63,997 nt of DNA, filler included, from Catajapyx aquilonaris (GCA_000934665.2; 4 parts of 4 records of this genome joined end to end with filler, not necessarily neighbours in it), one strand, 5' to 3'; positions 34,876 to 48,484 are shown, counted from the whole stretch's first letter. Program-made: numbers and translations. The notes: generated by a model from the letters alone, not told the origin.

Positions 34876-35226
34876 TTTTTTTAATATTATTTTATTTTAC
34901 CCCGTGATGTCCCTTATGGGAGCTATAGGGGGGTGGCACACCACCATCAGTTTTCTGTATATATTTTCACTTCATTCACCGGTGCAAGGAAACAGGGACA
35001 ATTGGAAAGGATAGGGATTTTTGGGGAGGGAACATTGGTGCAAGTGCAATGTCGGTAAAGGGGGCATGTGCTGTTCCCCAGGAGGTTAGGTTGCCAGACA
35101 CCTCCTTGGTGCAGGTCAGAGACCCTCCTGACGCAGGTGAAAGGAAAGTTCCCCAGGCGGGGATCGAACCTGGGGCCTTTCACTCAGCAAGCCGTGACGT
35201 TACCATCACGGCCACCACACCTCCCC
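34876..35226 (-). mobile_element. tRNA-derived SINE inserted at the end of the Gypsy integrase
   Basis: Head GGGGAGGTGTGGTGGCCGTGATGG ... GGTTCGATCCC, A-rich tail, and a perfect 9-bp TSD AATTGAAGA (34867-34875 and 35227-35235). Confidence 0.9.
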
Positions 35227-36705
35227 AATTGAAGAATATGTGCAACCATGTGGACGCGGTACATGAATTGCGAGTTATTTTAGCTCGTATTGTGTGGGCT
35301 TGACCCGGTAATTCGGATTTAACTTAACATGTGGTCCACATGTGAGCAGCTTTGAATGGGTTGAGCCGGACTCAGCCTTGAGTATGCGTGTTCCCGTTCA
35401 TTTTGGACGGAGCGCACGTGTCCGTGGCTTTTTTTTCGTTCATTTTTTTGCTCCTTTTTTGTGATGTGTTCACTACCCTTTGTTCTTGAGATCCGTTGTG
35501 GCGCATGCGTTGAATGGTGAATGTATGTGGAGTGTGATGCAGTGGACTCATTTCACTTGTGGGTGTGCTACTGACTAGTTGGTGACTATGGAAGGATACG
35601 GCATGTATCGTAGGGTAGGCCAGGGTCGTTCTGGACCTAGTGGGCCTCCCTGTGGACGAAATAGCACTAGGAAGGGGCCGTCTGCTGTGGTGGGGGATCC
35701 TCCCACAAGAAGCCTGACAATCTGACGCATGAAGAAGCGTCCTCCTGCACTGAGGGGGATGCTGGTGCGGTGAGGTCCTTCCCCTACGCCCGTTCGACTT
35801 TCCATGGTGATATTTGCGAGGGAGCCGTCGTCAACACCGACCCGTTCAAAGGTCGTCCGTGGGTCAAAGGTGCTGGGACTAGTTACCGTCCGGCATCTGC
35901 AGTAGAAGAGGCTGCTGCTGGGGCTCCGGTGAACCAGCTTCCTACGGATCCGGATGAGCCGCTAGTTTATAAGATGACTGCGACTGCCTACCTCCGGAGG
36001 AGGCTGAGGTATCACCGGACAAGGCGTTACAGATGATGGCCGCTTATGCTGCATCCCTGCAGCAGCAGGTGACCATGATGGTGGAAAAGCAGCAAGGAGG
36101 GCCTCTGAAGACTGGTGTGACAGTACCAGATTTTGCTATGTATAACTTCCAGCATTTCACTACATTCTGATACTGCATTACATTTCCGCATTTGATGTAC
36201 CCATCTCTTTGGTCTCGAGGCAGTTTGCTTTTTTCTGCATCTTGTGCAACTTGTCATCTCCCATCTGCCTTTGCGGTTTTCTTACCAACCTCTGTACACC
36301 TAGTCAGGTGACTCCTCCCATCTTACAGTGCGCCACTATAGGCTACATTGTAAAGGAGTGGATTCTCTCACTCCAGGCCACTTGTTTGGTCGACATCTCC
36401 CATCCTGACCTTTTTCCTTTTCCCCTCACACACTCACCTTGACGAAGAATAAACTGTACGTGATTGTCTACCCATTGGCTTTTATGTTCATCCAACCGGT
36501 GACACTGGCGATGATGAAGATATGGGGTCATCGGTGGATGGTAACATTTTATTAAGGAGTGAGTGTGGTGGTTGTGTGTTTTCTTTTTGCTATGAGCATG
36601 TGTCTACTCGGATCCTAGAACTTTTTAAAAATAAAGAACTCTGTTTTGGGGGGTAAAATTTTTTTATGGAGTCATTTTTGTGCGCAATTTTATTTATGGG
36701 CATTT

Positions 36706-36954
36706 AAAAAAAGGGGGGGGGGGGTAATGTGAGAGCCACGCCCCCTCCCGGTCATGTGACGCGGGTGGGGGGGCCTCTTGCTGATCATGCGCACTCCTCC
36801 CCTCCCCTGGCTTGAGCTGGGGGTGGATCGATAATATCAGTCTGTAGCCAGCAGGCATTGGGGTTTGCAGCAATAAACCAAGGTTGTTCGGATATAAGTG
36901 TATCTGTTCTGGGAGTAACCAGGGGCGGCCCCGGGGCAAATAGGGGCCGTGACA
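36706..36954 (+). repeat. Polypurine tract and putative 3' LTR
   Basis: An A/G-only tract 36706-36724 is followed by TG at 36728, internal AATAAA at 36872 and a candidate ...GTGACA end. The right boundary is uncertain. Confidence 0.55.
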
Positions 36955-39900
36955 ATGACACAAACCTTTTGCCTGTCGTCATATATGTCAATCTCCTTAC
37001 ACGACATCCTAAAACTCATACGCACGTGTTATTTCAAATGAATTTGTAAACATTTATATTTGGAAACAACTACGAGTAACGAAAACTGATCATAAAATAG
37101 TTACAATAATATACAATCGCAGTCTCAATTATCGTGTAATTAAAATTAGACTAGAGATATTACAAGTTGCTCATTAACTCGAATCAACCTGGAATGCCAT
37201 AATCATAATAACTTATAAATGTGGCATATGTTTGAGCTGTTGCTGTTATTTTCAGTGATAAATAGAAACCGACTGAGAGCGAAGAAGTTATCGTGCTTTC
37301 GCCCCATTTCAGTGCAATGTTAAATTCACAATAAATTTACTCCGAATGGCAGGGGGTCCGGATTTTTGCCTGACAGTGACGTGGCAACTCTGCCAAACAG
37401 CCAATTTCAAGCAAACAAACGACATATTTCGGCCACGAAAGTTGGTAATGGGGCATGCTGCCGTTCTAACGCTTTATTCTGAACGAGCCCGAGCGGGGAC
37501 ATGGGTGTGGTGTGGGGTCGAGGACGCTCGGTGTAAGTGAAATTCTTCTGTTTCTCCCACACCCAAACATAAGCGTTGTGACGCTTTGGAATGATGTCCT
37601 AGTCTCCCAATATGGCAACTTTGAACAATGAACTCTCATAACACTTGCTATCTAGTGCAGCTTAAAAGAGCAACTGTGACCAAGTGCTTGAGGCACAAAA
37701 TGTACTGCCGAAGTTAGATACTATTTTTAGGGAAAAACTCAAACATCTGCCATCTGGTGTGAGTCTTATGCTCAGGAGAGAATACTGATGATGATCATTA
37801 AGAACATAAACAGATGCAATATTGTGTAAAACATATACAATTCAATTATTGTGGTTTAAGAAAAATAGTTGCGGAATGCGCATACAATGGGCATTCAATA
37901 TCATAGAATAGCCTGCAGAATATGGTAGTACACTATGCACAATGAAGTTCAGAATAGGTTTGAGAGAGATGAGTGGCAGGATTCGGCGAATTCTGTGCCA
38001 TGGCACTAATAAAACAAAATATCAGCTGAGAACAGTTTTTCAAACTGTATGTTAACCTGGAAAAAGCTCTATCAATAAATTGCAATTTGTGAAAGCTTAC
38101 ATTATTTTGAAAGTAATACTGTACAGTCATATGTTTCGTGTGAAGTTGTTGGTCAATTAGTAACCTTCGCCAGTAGCCCCACGAAGAAAGTCGATCTATA
38201 ATACAGTGAACCTTGTCTACACGCGAATCGCTTCCTTCCGGTAAATTTTTCCTAAATACAGTAATATTACAAGTGTCCCTTATATGGGGCAGAAATAAAC
38301 TTAAATCCTCTGTCATGACAAAAGCTCCGCAATGGACAAGTTTCTGCTATATCCAGAGTCTGTAATAGACAGGTTGTGCTATATTCTCAATCCATTAAAA
38401 TGTCCGAGCAATTTGACATTCATGGTTGAACAAAATGTCTCATACTTCCATTGAAGCATATGTTGTCTCTGATGACAATGGCAGTAGTAGTGCATTTTAA
38501 GCCGGATCTGCTCCCTTCCCTTACTTATTTACATGGTCAAGAATATTCCGGAATCAATGACAGGCCCAACCCACTGAACTCTCGAGTTCTCGTTGCTACA
38601 TGTTATCTCTGTTGCAGCCAGCCACTCTCCCAAATTACCTGGACATCCCCGACTGAGAGCGAAGAAAATAAAGCAATGCTGTAAAATCGCCACTAATTAC
38701 TCTGCTATAGGCAATTACTGAATACCACCTACTGTAGTCCGCGTAAGTTGCAATTCTCTGACATGAACTTCCTGGTGCAACCCCCGTCCTCCCCAAACCT
38801 CAAGCGCAGTTTGTTTTTGATTTGGTTTCTGAAATCTTTATAGGATACTCATGGCGTTTACTTTATGCATAACAACACGACTGATGCATCTGTAATAATT
38901 GAAACCTTCAGTTCAAACATGAATGCAGATAATTATGTATCACACGTCTATTTTTTTACGGCTGATCTAATTAGCAAGTATCCAACGAAAGGCATCCTAC
39001 TCTGTCCTCTGATGATTTTGATGCCCCCACCATCGGTTCATCCTGCCCTGTCAGGCAACTGCACCCTTGTATCAGATGTGGCATAAGTTGCAGGCGCAAT
39101 GGTGTAAAATTACAGGTCCGTGAATGAAGTCTGCATAATATTTTCCCCCATTACCAACAACTCAAGATTACTGTACGCATGATTTATTGGGGGATTCACA
39201 CTCTAAGTCTAAACGTACGAAATTCACACAAGATTCACCTGATATTCCGACCCCTCGGCCTCGGGGAATCCCGAATAAAAGCCCAGAGTATGCGATCATA
39301 ATGCAAGTAACATCCAGGATATGAATCATTTGATTTCCCCACAATGCATACGAGCATTCAGACCATACTATATGCTTTACGTACTATATCGCTCAAAAAG
39401 ATGGACACGATTTTGCATTGAAACCAAAAATGCACAATCGTCTCCATTTTTTAAGCGATATAGTACATGATGCCGACTTATCCCAGAGGTGTATAGTCGG
39501 AATTTCTAGGCGGGTATGAATGTAAGCAGATATTTATGCTTTCGCAAAGCTGAGTATCTGTGGCTGAGGTTGGAGGGCCAGCAAATCCTTGAAAGTTTGA
39601 AGCCAAGGATTTCGCTTGATACCTGCTAGTGAACAGACTTTCATATGAAGTTGAGGTGAGGAGGGGCGCTAATTAATCAATTTCCGCAGGATGCACAGTT
39701 TCTTGGAGACCACAGTATTGTGCCAATCACAACAGTAAAAGTAAGCTTGAATGCCAAATACAGTATCCCAGTATATGCAGTAAAGCAGACTTTCCTGCTT
39801 AAGAAACTGACAAGCTCCCAACGTCAGAGAACAAATCAACCAGAACTTCTTACCACAACTTACAACCAGCTAACAGAAACCTTAAATTAATAATAATGAG

Positions 39901-42900
39901 AATTTTGAGTAGCTTTCGTCTGGCACCAACGGATCCTAACAGATCTTTATGCACACTTGCACAGGCCTACATACACGGCAGCTATTACAGGAGGTTGTAA
40001 CTGCTGGCCATTAGCTCTCTTGTCGATTAGAATAATGGAGAGAAGCATGGGGGGAGGGGAAGAAGGACTTGGAATCTGGCCAATCTCAATGTACTGCAGG
40101 GCGACAACTGGAGCTTTTTAATAGGAAACGGGAGAGAATTAATGCACACCAGGTCATTTCTGCGCCCCATCCGTCTTACAGATAGGCCAGCTAAGGTCCG
40201 ACTCTATTTAGCTAGTTCATTTGTAGAATCTACAGTATACCTACAGGAACGAATTAAGTTACTGCCGGAAAATTGCCTGGAAAAACAACAGAAAATTTCC
40301 TGCCATTTCAAAGGAAACCATATTTATCATGAACCATCACCTGCGGAAAGTTGGTTGAGATGGAGCAGAAGAGCTGTTCATTTCCCCATCGATCACGTCT
40401 ACCATTAATTTTCCGTTCCTTTCATTCGCATAATGCGATGTGCCCCAAAATCATCAAATTTGAACTACTGCATGTAGGAAAGTAAGCCTTTCAGTATTTT
40501 AGTCCGTGGCGGAGGGCCAATTCAGTCACAACCATGTTCTACGTCCTCTGCACAAGCAGTCAGCGTCCGTGTCCGCAGTTCTTGCTGAAGCCCCCCTCTA
40601 CTCATCACTCACTCTCTCCCACCGTGTTTAATTTACTTACATTTCTTTTGGATCAAACCTGTATCCCGATTAAATTTCCATTAATAAGTCCGGACTTTCC
40701 TCCGCACTCATTTTTACGCAGTTGGATGTTAAACGTCAGGCCTGGGAAACATACGACTTGCGCATTACGAGACGGAAATTTATTTGCACCAGAATAATAC
40801 CAGCTAGTTCTTTTCTGACTTTCTAACAGCCACCAGAGCTGGCCCTCCAGTTGGTCGATATCAATCTTTTCAAAATCCAAGAATTGTACACAAATCGAGT
40901 ATGTTATGATGCATTTACCTTCATGTTAGTAGCAAAATGCAAACTTAAACAACTATCGTTAGACAAAAAATATATTACGAGGATCTCAATAATCACTCTC
41001 TCACTAAATTGCAAAAATAACAAACCTACCTAAAATTATGTTCTCAGCATGACTATAGTGTATTAGTTAGCGGTTTTCACGCTATTTCTCTCTCCAGAAC
41101 TATACGCCTATATACTACAACCGCATACCGTACCAGTGCAGTGCTGATAAAACAAAAGCCAACATTTGCGGTAATTTAGATATGATGCATAGAAGACCCA
41201 AGAACTTGGTACAGGCCTACTATGGAGTATACAGCAAAAAATACTTTGAATTGCAATCAGAGAGAGGGATCATTCAGGTCAGAATTTGTAGCGTCCAAAA
41301 TCCTTCTGAGTCCCTCCCCATCCCTTCTACCAACCCCCCTGCTTGATCTTCGCCCCTGTAAGTTCTCCATATAAATGTAAATTTTAGTAGGGCGATGTTT
41401 TACGGTATTCAAAGGCTCAGAGTCACGATCAGAACGACGATAGGTAGAGGAGTAAAATACCCAACCCATGTTACATTCCCAGTGACTCACTCACATTTAC
41501 CCCTCCAAGCTCAAGGTTCCTTATTATAAGCTGCCCGCCACAAATGGCGTGTACATCAAAGAAAATTGCATTCACATGTCAGAACGTACCTCACGAAGGG
41601 CTCCTCCCGCACAATTTTTGTTATAATTAAAAAGGAACAGTACAGTGCCAGGTATAAGGGTGACGTCACCGCTCCATTTCCCCCACCGCCTGGGTAATTA
41701 GTCACATCTATAACGTACATTAATTACATTAAAACGTGATGCCTCTTTCCCATGAAAGATTACGAAGGTCTGAGTTTAAAAACCCACATCAACAAGATTT
41801 ATGATTCTAAGTTTGCTAATAGAAAAATAAACAAGGCTGCGGTATCCATTATGATATTGGATCATGTTGCAATTAATGTGCGAGTAATTATTGAGTATCA
41901 CGGCCATGATGAAGGCTAATTTTCATTCTGGTCTTCCCTCGCAACTTAGCGCCATTTGTTGTAGCTATCGCCACACAGATGGATGGGCTTAAGTTCAATT
42001 TTGTTTTGGAAGATTCCTGATTCCCGATAAAATTATTTATACAACATTCAACTGAGGGAGTATAGTGTAGCAGCATGAAACAGATTTCATGACGCATTTG
42101 TCTCATTCATTTCATGTAGACTACATCACAATTTCGTCAATTTGCGATATTTTGTGCAGTCTGTAGGTGAAATAGCTTAATGTTGTGAATTATTTATATA
42201 TAGTCCTACCATTACTGTTCAAATAGTAAGGCACAGGACTCAAAGAATGCCACCTTAAGGACAAGAATTTTTATATGCTTACCTATTAGCTTTACGGTTG
42301 GGAAGTTTAAACATTTCTCGACAAAAAGTGTAAGCGTGTTTTACAGATTTAAAAAAAAGCCTCTGCAAGTGGCCTGAATAGGGATCCTGGGTCCTTATTC
42401 AGGCCACTTTATTTGGGAGATCATAAATGAACTGTGTGACTTGATTGTTATCAGGGTTTCTCATAATTACCTCCAAACATTTCTGGACTGTTGTACTGAC
42501 CTCAGTCTGTCATACCCGTAATTTATCACCGTAAATCCACAAGTTTATTCTCACTGATTTTGACAATATCCACATAATCATGAATAATGCAACCCTGAAG
42601 GTAGACAATGGTGTCATTTTTTTCAGAAATCAATACCGAGGATAAATCTTTCGCCAACAGCTTATCTTCAGTGGTCCAACCACAACTAAAGTCATTATTC
42701 AAAATAGATAGGATGTCGTGTTAGTCATAAAGTAAGTATGCTATCTTCTTTTTTCCCTGATTTGTCATTTCGCTGCTAAAATGACAATTTCAGCTCTTAA
42801 TTAGTGGCAGCATGAGTAGATATAACTTAAAGTGCTAATTTGTTTTAATAGCTACGAGTTAGCAGCTAGGCTAATTTTCTTTATATAGTTCCCTCACCTA

Positions 42901-43501
42901 TCTTAGTTCGCATTTGCATAACACCGTAATTTACTAGTCACTTCAACTCAACCACGGTCAAAACGAAAAAAGGTATTCAAAAAGTGCCCTAATTAGTGGT
43001 CTTGACAAAATTTCAGTCTCTATTTAATTTAAATTAAGAGCTAAAATCATGGGTGGAATATACCGTATGTTCGTCCAGCTGTTAACATATTGCTTGTTAC
43101 TGGTCGCCACTTCTAAGGGACTCCACCCACAGTTAGCAGTGGCATGGAGTCCCATTTTTGACCCCATTTTTGACAGCGTCTTCAACTAAATTTAATGGGA
43201 AATCATGACCTGACGCACCAGTAGCCAGGAGATATGGTGAAATGTTTGACATAGCAGGCAGTTTATATACCCAAAATGTGCTGACTACCAAAACGAAAGG
43301 CATGGCCAGGCCAATTTTGGCAACATTTCAGGATGGTGTGAAACATCATATGTCAGTAATGTCACAAGCCTCTGTAATTATTGTAGCTTATACTATCTAA
43401 CTGTAAGTGACCCGATACACAAGTTTGAAGTATGCCAAGAGATATCGGCTAGCAATGTACTGGTGGCTGATCGCACGGTCGCATCACTGTAGCCATACGT
43501 A

Positions 43502-44002
43502 CTATGGGGCTCAAATTGTTTTGGCCACTTTATCCCGGTCTTGAAGCAACCCTTCACACACACACACACACACACACAGTCTTGTTCTGAATTAGCTGTG
43601 GGGACGTGAAAATTCAACTTTTCGAAGCTAGTGTAACCTAACCTAACCTAACATACCCTACCTAACCTACCCTACCCTAAATAACATAGGCTGAAAAAAA
43701 TGGACTTTTGTGAAACCCTACGAATGAAAATAGTGGGGACATGTCCCCACTAATTAAAACACGTCCCCACTGTAATAGTACACATCGCGTGTGTGCATGA
43801 GTGGGGACCGAAAAATGTCCCCACAATCGAATTGTGGGGACAGACGTCCCCACAGCTACAGTAAAAGCACAATCATCCGTCCCCAGAGCTAATTGAAGAC
43901 CTGTACACACACCCGCACATCCACACCTGCTCAACGTGGGGCCTGTGCGAAGGGTTGCTTCAAGACAAGGATAAAGTGGCCAAAACAATTTAAGCCCTAT
44001 AG
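43502..44002. mobile_element. TA-flanked MITE with ~60-bp TIRs, containing a nested element
   Basis: ctatggggctcaaattgttttggccactttatcc...gtcttgaagcaacccttc and its reverse complement at 43949-44002. Confidence 0.8.
43556..43912. mobile_element. (CA)n-flanked non-autonomous element with gtggggac/gtccccac repeats and a (TAACC)n tract
   Basis: Multiple inverted gtggggac/gtccccac motifs, CA runs on both sides, and taacctaacctaacc at 43634-43653. Confidence 0.6.
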
Positions 44003-44454
44003 TACAGTACGAGGTTTCCCGACGGTGCTACATGTCTCAAAAGGAGAACATAAATAGGGGTATAACCTACTAAAGTACAACTAAAGAACAAATATTTGTT
44101 TGAAGAATGACATTTTCTCAAGACATATTTATGTCAATAAAGCAACGTTGGACAGAAACAAAATGCTTTCTTACTGGACGAAACTGACTTGTAAAACAAA
44201 CAAAAAAACGCAAAGGAAATTTTTTAAAGGCCAAATGAAACAAAACTAAAAACATTACAGATCCTGTAGTCACAGAGTATATTAACATTACTTACATAAT
44301 GAAACCAAATTTCAAGCTAAAACGCAGAAGAATGTATGTAAAATGACCAGGTAAATCAAAGAAATTAACAATACCATCTAGGAAAAGGTCATATTTTCAG
44401 ATCCATAGCATGGAAGAACTCTTAAATGTCTGAACTCTTAATAAATCAGGTTAC

Positions 44455-44971
44455 TCAACAAACTTGTTGCAGAGGTGGTAGATTCGATGAAACAGTGGAG
44501 AATGACAGGAGATCCTTACACCAACTGCATTTTAGGAAGGCTAATGCATGACAGAATGCACAACAGTCATCGTTATCTAATTTGAAGCAAACCTGAACAG
44601 CAGGTGTCTGAAATTCTGCAGGCCTGTCCTCCATGTACCCACTTTTAAACCAGGTGTACTGTATCATGGGCATGAATCGAGGGGACGCAAACCGGTTCAT
44701 GGTCAGAGACATCATCTTTATGAGATTATTGCACGTGCGAAGGACACAATCAACATAAAATAAGACGACACTGTGTGACAGTTTAAAACAAAACTTTCGT
44801 CGGTCTAAAAAAGGTCTAAAAGGTCTAAAAAGGTCTGCCCCCCTCAAAAAAGGGTTACAGGGTCATTTTGAGAAGGTCACTTTATAGGTGCGTTTTCTAT
44901 CCATTGGGGTGGGCTACCAATGCACCAAATTTCATGAAAATCCGCGAGTGGCACTTGGAAAGTTTCCCTTG
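44455..44971 (-). mobile_element. Internally deleted Tc4/Tc5-like DNA transposon remnant
   Basis: Transposase-like C-terminus NRFASPRF...IQYTWFKSGY...CAFC...CSWC. Terminus TTCCCTTG|TGAG resembles Tc5-type CAAGGGAA ends with a TNA target. The family assignment is from recall. Confidence 0.6.
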
Positions 44972-45197
44972 TGAGTTGGAGAGGTCACCTTTGACCTTGT
45001 GTCGTTCCGCGGAAACGCTTTGCATTTTGTTTAATAACTTACCTGCCTATATTATTGTGCCAAGTTTCATTCACCACCTCCATTTACAACACTTACAGTG
45101 CCATTGTAAGTATATCTGTACAGATTAGTCACTGCACTGGTAAAGGAAGATACGAAAATTCCACCCACTGTGTTTTGTGTGCCACCCTCCTAAACTA

Positions 45198-45555
45198 CAG
45201 GGCGATTTTCTCGAATGGAAATCCAAACATTCCTCAATAACTTTTTAACTATGGTTGAAAATTGACTTATACTTACCTTGTACTATCATGCAGTCCACCA
45301 AGAATTGAGGGGTGTGGGAGAAAAACATGATAACTGACAAAAGAGTAATTTTTCAGGAGAGCGAATTTAAGTTTGAATTTTCTTAACAAATCATAGGGAA
45401 TGCTGGTTTTGATCTAGTCCGTGTGGCCATCTCATGCATGATACATGAACTTGGAGTATACCAAAGGTAAGTATAAGTCAATTTTCATCGGGAACCATAC
45501 CATAGTTAAAAGTTATTGAGGAATGTTTGGGTTTCCATTCGAGAGAATCACCCTG
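45198..45555. mobile_element. Tc1/mariner MITE
   Basis: TA|cagggcgattttctcgaatggaaa...tttccattcgagagaatcaccctg|TA, with TIR similarity extending about 80 bp. Confidence 0.88.
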
Positions 45556-47253
45556 TACATTAGATATTTATACTCATATATATTTGGAGTTAATAATACT
45601 TTGACCAGCTTTGCTTACATAAGATGGTCAAACCTCTAAAAAGACATTTTCCCAATCAGATTATTGAACTGCAACAACGCGACGTCAACGTCAGTTATTT
45701 TATCATGATTTTATCACTAGGTATTTGGAAAATCACTGAATAGCAAAGTAATAAATTGCCTAAATGTCATGTCTTTCTTGGGTTTCAAAATGTGATCATA
45801 ACCAGTCCTTTCACTTTACATTACAATTACTGTATATCCCTTACCACTACACTTGTCTCGATCCTTTAGGAGTTTAGGGTTTAGGACTTTCAGGTCTACC
45901 AAGGTAATATTTTCTGTTTGAGAGAGGACACAAAATGGCCGCCTGCCCCCTCCCACTCCAACACAGACACATAAACGCGCGCGCGGGCCCACCCTAACAC
46001 AAAGAGAGTGCATATAGTCTACCACCATCAGGAGACATGCTATCGGGGAAGAGTTTATTGAAAAACATCCTGGATCAAAGTCGATATAGGTTTAGGTGCA
46101 GGAAAGATATACTCTTCTCCTTGCTGAATAACCCCCACTCTCCACCATCAAATTATATTTCCCTTCCAGTGCATACAGAAAAAGTGCAGGAATGGAGAGT
46201 GTGTTTGGCCCTATATAAGGATGAATTTCCTGGTGCAGCGCACATCCCGCCACTGCACTATTTAACGGATCCTAAATGACAAACAACCCGCACGTGTCGA
46301 AATTCTGGAAAGCGGTGCCAGCAACCACAGGCTTCCTATCCCTGCAAAGACGCAGCCCAGGATAAATCTCCTGTTAATCCCGCCCTTTACACTGGGGAAT
46401 AAAGCATAGGGCCGGACCTGCAAGCGACCTTAAGTGTATCTCCCCGGATTCCTCAGAAGGAAGTTTGCGTGCATTGGTTAGTAGGCGACAGTGAGCATCC
46501 GTCTCCCCAGCCCTTCCACCTCCCTCCTCTGAACCCCTCTCCGTTCCACCCATCCCCAACACTTCAGCCGTTTTACGGTTCGAACGACGTTGGTTGGCTA
46601 TTAAAAGCAGTGGGGATGGCAATGCCTCCCATCAATCCACTACGTCGCAAGATCCTCCAACGAGAGGAAATAAAGGGAGATATCTTGGACTCCAAATGGA
46701 GCGAACTGACTCTCTTCCCTTAATATCTTGGCACACAGTCTCTGCTACACACCGATGTTCCGGGATTTTGGTGTACAGGTCTGTAAGGTGGCTTGAAGCT
46801 TCGGCTGATCGGCCCAAACCTTGGTATACTGCAGTTACAGTGCAGGCACAACTGCAGGCCACCCATGAATATTCAGGATATCTACATCACTACAGTACGT
46901 TACTTTTGTTTCAATTCGGCTCAGGATTTTCAATGTATTCTGTCACATATAACGAAAACCGAAAAGGACCGAGTCCATTATGTACAATTTTCACAGAATA
47001 CGTTACTATCACATAGCCTACCTTGTTATCGTCATCATATTTTTAAAAAACACACCAGTTGACTCTGCAATATTGAGGCATACACTGTTTCACTCTGGGT
47101 GAGCGGTGGGGGGTGGGGGGAGAGGAAATTCCCATCATATTAATAGGCTACTGGATCAAACAAGCCAGGTGCAAATTGATGCACACATTCCTGTGCATAA
47201 AGAGTCAAGCTAATGCAACCATTACCATACAGTCGTTACACATTTAGGATATA

Positions 47254-47713
47254 CAGGGTGTTCGTGCATCGACCAGTCAGACATATACGCGTGGCTCAAT
47301 TGACACCAGAGGATCATGTTATGTAGAGGAGTCATTATGTCTGGGCAGCCTCATTACTGAGATATTTGATCATTTGCGATTGGGCCTAAGAGTGATTGGC
47401 AAATAGCAGTGACAAGTGCGATTGCTCTTGAAAATAAGCAGTCCGTGTCAGTGTGTCCCATGCGACATGCGAGTAGCCAAATAGAAAAGCTGCTATTTTG
47501 ACCGCGGATGAGATTTCGGAGCTGAAGGTTTCCATACCTCCCAGGATACTTTGTACTAGTCGTTTGAAGGTAATTATCTCAGTAATATGAGGCTGCCCAG
47601 ATATAATGACTCCTCTACATAACATGATCCTCTGGTGACAATTCAGCCACGGGTACAGGACTACAGGTCGATGGGTACAGGACTACAGGACTGGTCGTTT
47701 CACGAACACCCTA
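47254..47713. mobile_element. Tc1/mariner MITE with ~110-bp TIRs
   Basis: TA|cagggtgttcgtg...ccagaggatcatgttatgtagaggagtcattat and the inverse ataatgactcctctacataacatgatcctctgg...cacgaacaccct. Confidence 0.85.
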
Positions 47714-47730
47714 TCAGTATTATCACTTTA

Positions 47731-48087
47731 TGGGGAGACGGAGAGGCACTGCGGTAACGTACGCGCCCACGGATGTTAAGGTACCGGGTTCGAACCCAAC
47801 CCGGGGATACCCCCTTTCATCTCGTGCAGAGTTCTCGGGTCGTCTCTGGCTTCGTTTTGGGTGGTATTTCCGACAGACTAAGCCACCCAGGGGAGCTCAC
47901 AAAATGACCTTACTAGTCGATGCACTGCACCATGGTTATAGAAGACAGGTTAGGTCACTCCCACCCCCCCACTGCCTCACCTGAGACCGCCATGAGACAT
48001 TTCGGAGCCACGACAAGTGGCGACCCTACCGGACCAAGGTTGAACTTTATAGGTACGAAAGGGGGGGCTACATTGGGGGGCCCAACA
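47731..48087 (+). mobile_element. tRNA-derived SINE, truncated by the spacer
   Basis: GGGGAG... head with an A-box-like sequence and B box GGTTCGAACCC at about 47787. Confidence 0.6.
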
Positions 48088-48187
48088 NNNNNNNNNNNNN
48101 NNNNNNNNNNNNNNNNNNNNNNNNNNNNNNNTTAATTAATTAANNNNNNNNNNNNNNNNNNNNNNNNNNNNNNNNNNNNNNNNNNNN
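48088..48187. other. Artificial contig spacer
   Basis: 44 N + TTAATTAATTAA + 44 N. Confidence 0.97.
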
Positions 48188-48484
48188 CCCCTCCCCCTGG
48201 ATACGGCACTGTTGGGGGTTATACATTTTCTATGCCGCTCCAAGGTGAATCGGATAATGCCCAGGCAAGTAAGGGTGAAAGTCGCCTGTAGATCCTGCAC
48301 AGATCCCCACTGTCCTAGGAGGGAAGGGTGCACGCGACTTTCGCCTTACTGGTCTCGAGTATCACCTGCATCGGGCGATTCATCTTGGGGCGGCACATGA
48401 ACGGTGACGCCATAAAGTCTTGCATAAACTGCATATTTTCGCACGCGTCAAAATTTTCTCCGCGATAAAATTATCTTATCTTGA

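Larger units (their letters stand above)
32153..36954 (+). mobile_element. Decayed Ty3/Gypsy LTR retrotransposon (RT deleted; 5' end cut by the spacer)
   Basis: Gag CCHC knuckle CRSCGQVGHYQYEC (32658-32699) and protease AMLDTGSTVSIL. RNase H remnants NYSVSDKEALAI, FTDHAPL and NVAADCLS. Integrase zinc domain H...GHFG...CFTCQ and GPY/F-type end (YYN...FNEGDLV...YIGPFKV...HISELK). Many stops and frameshifts. Confidence 0.92.

Noticed and set aside
37930..38800. Possible highly decayed LINE endonuclease on the minus strand
   Set aside because: Only faint motif echoes (DVQVIWESGWL, AIVIRDNI) across broken frames; not supportable without BLASTX.
43634..43680. Telomere remnant (TTAGG)n
   Set aside because: Only a few units, internal to a transposon-like element.
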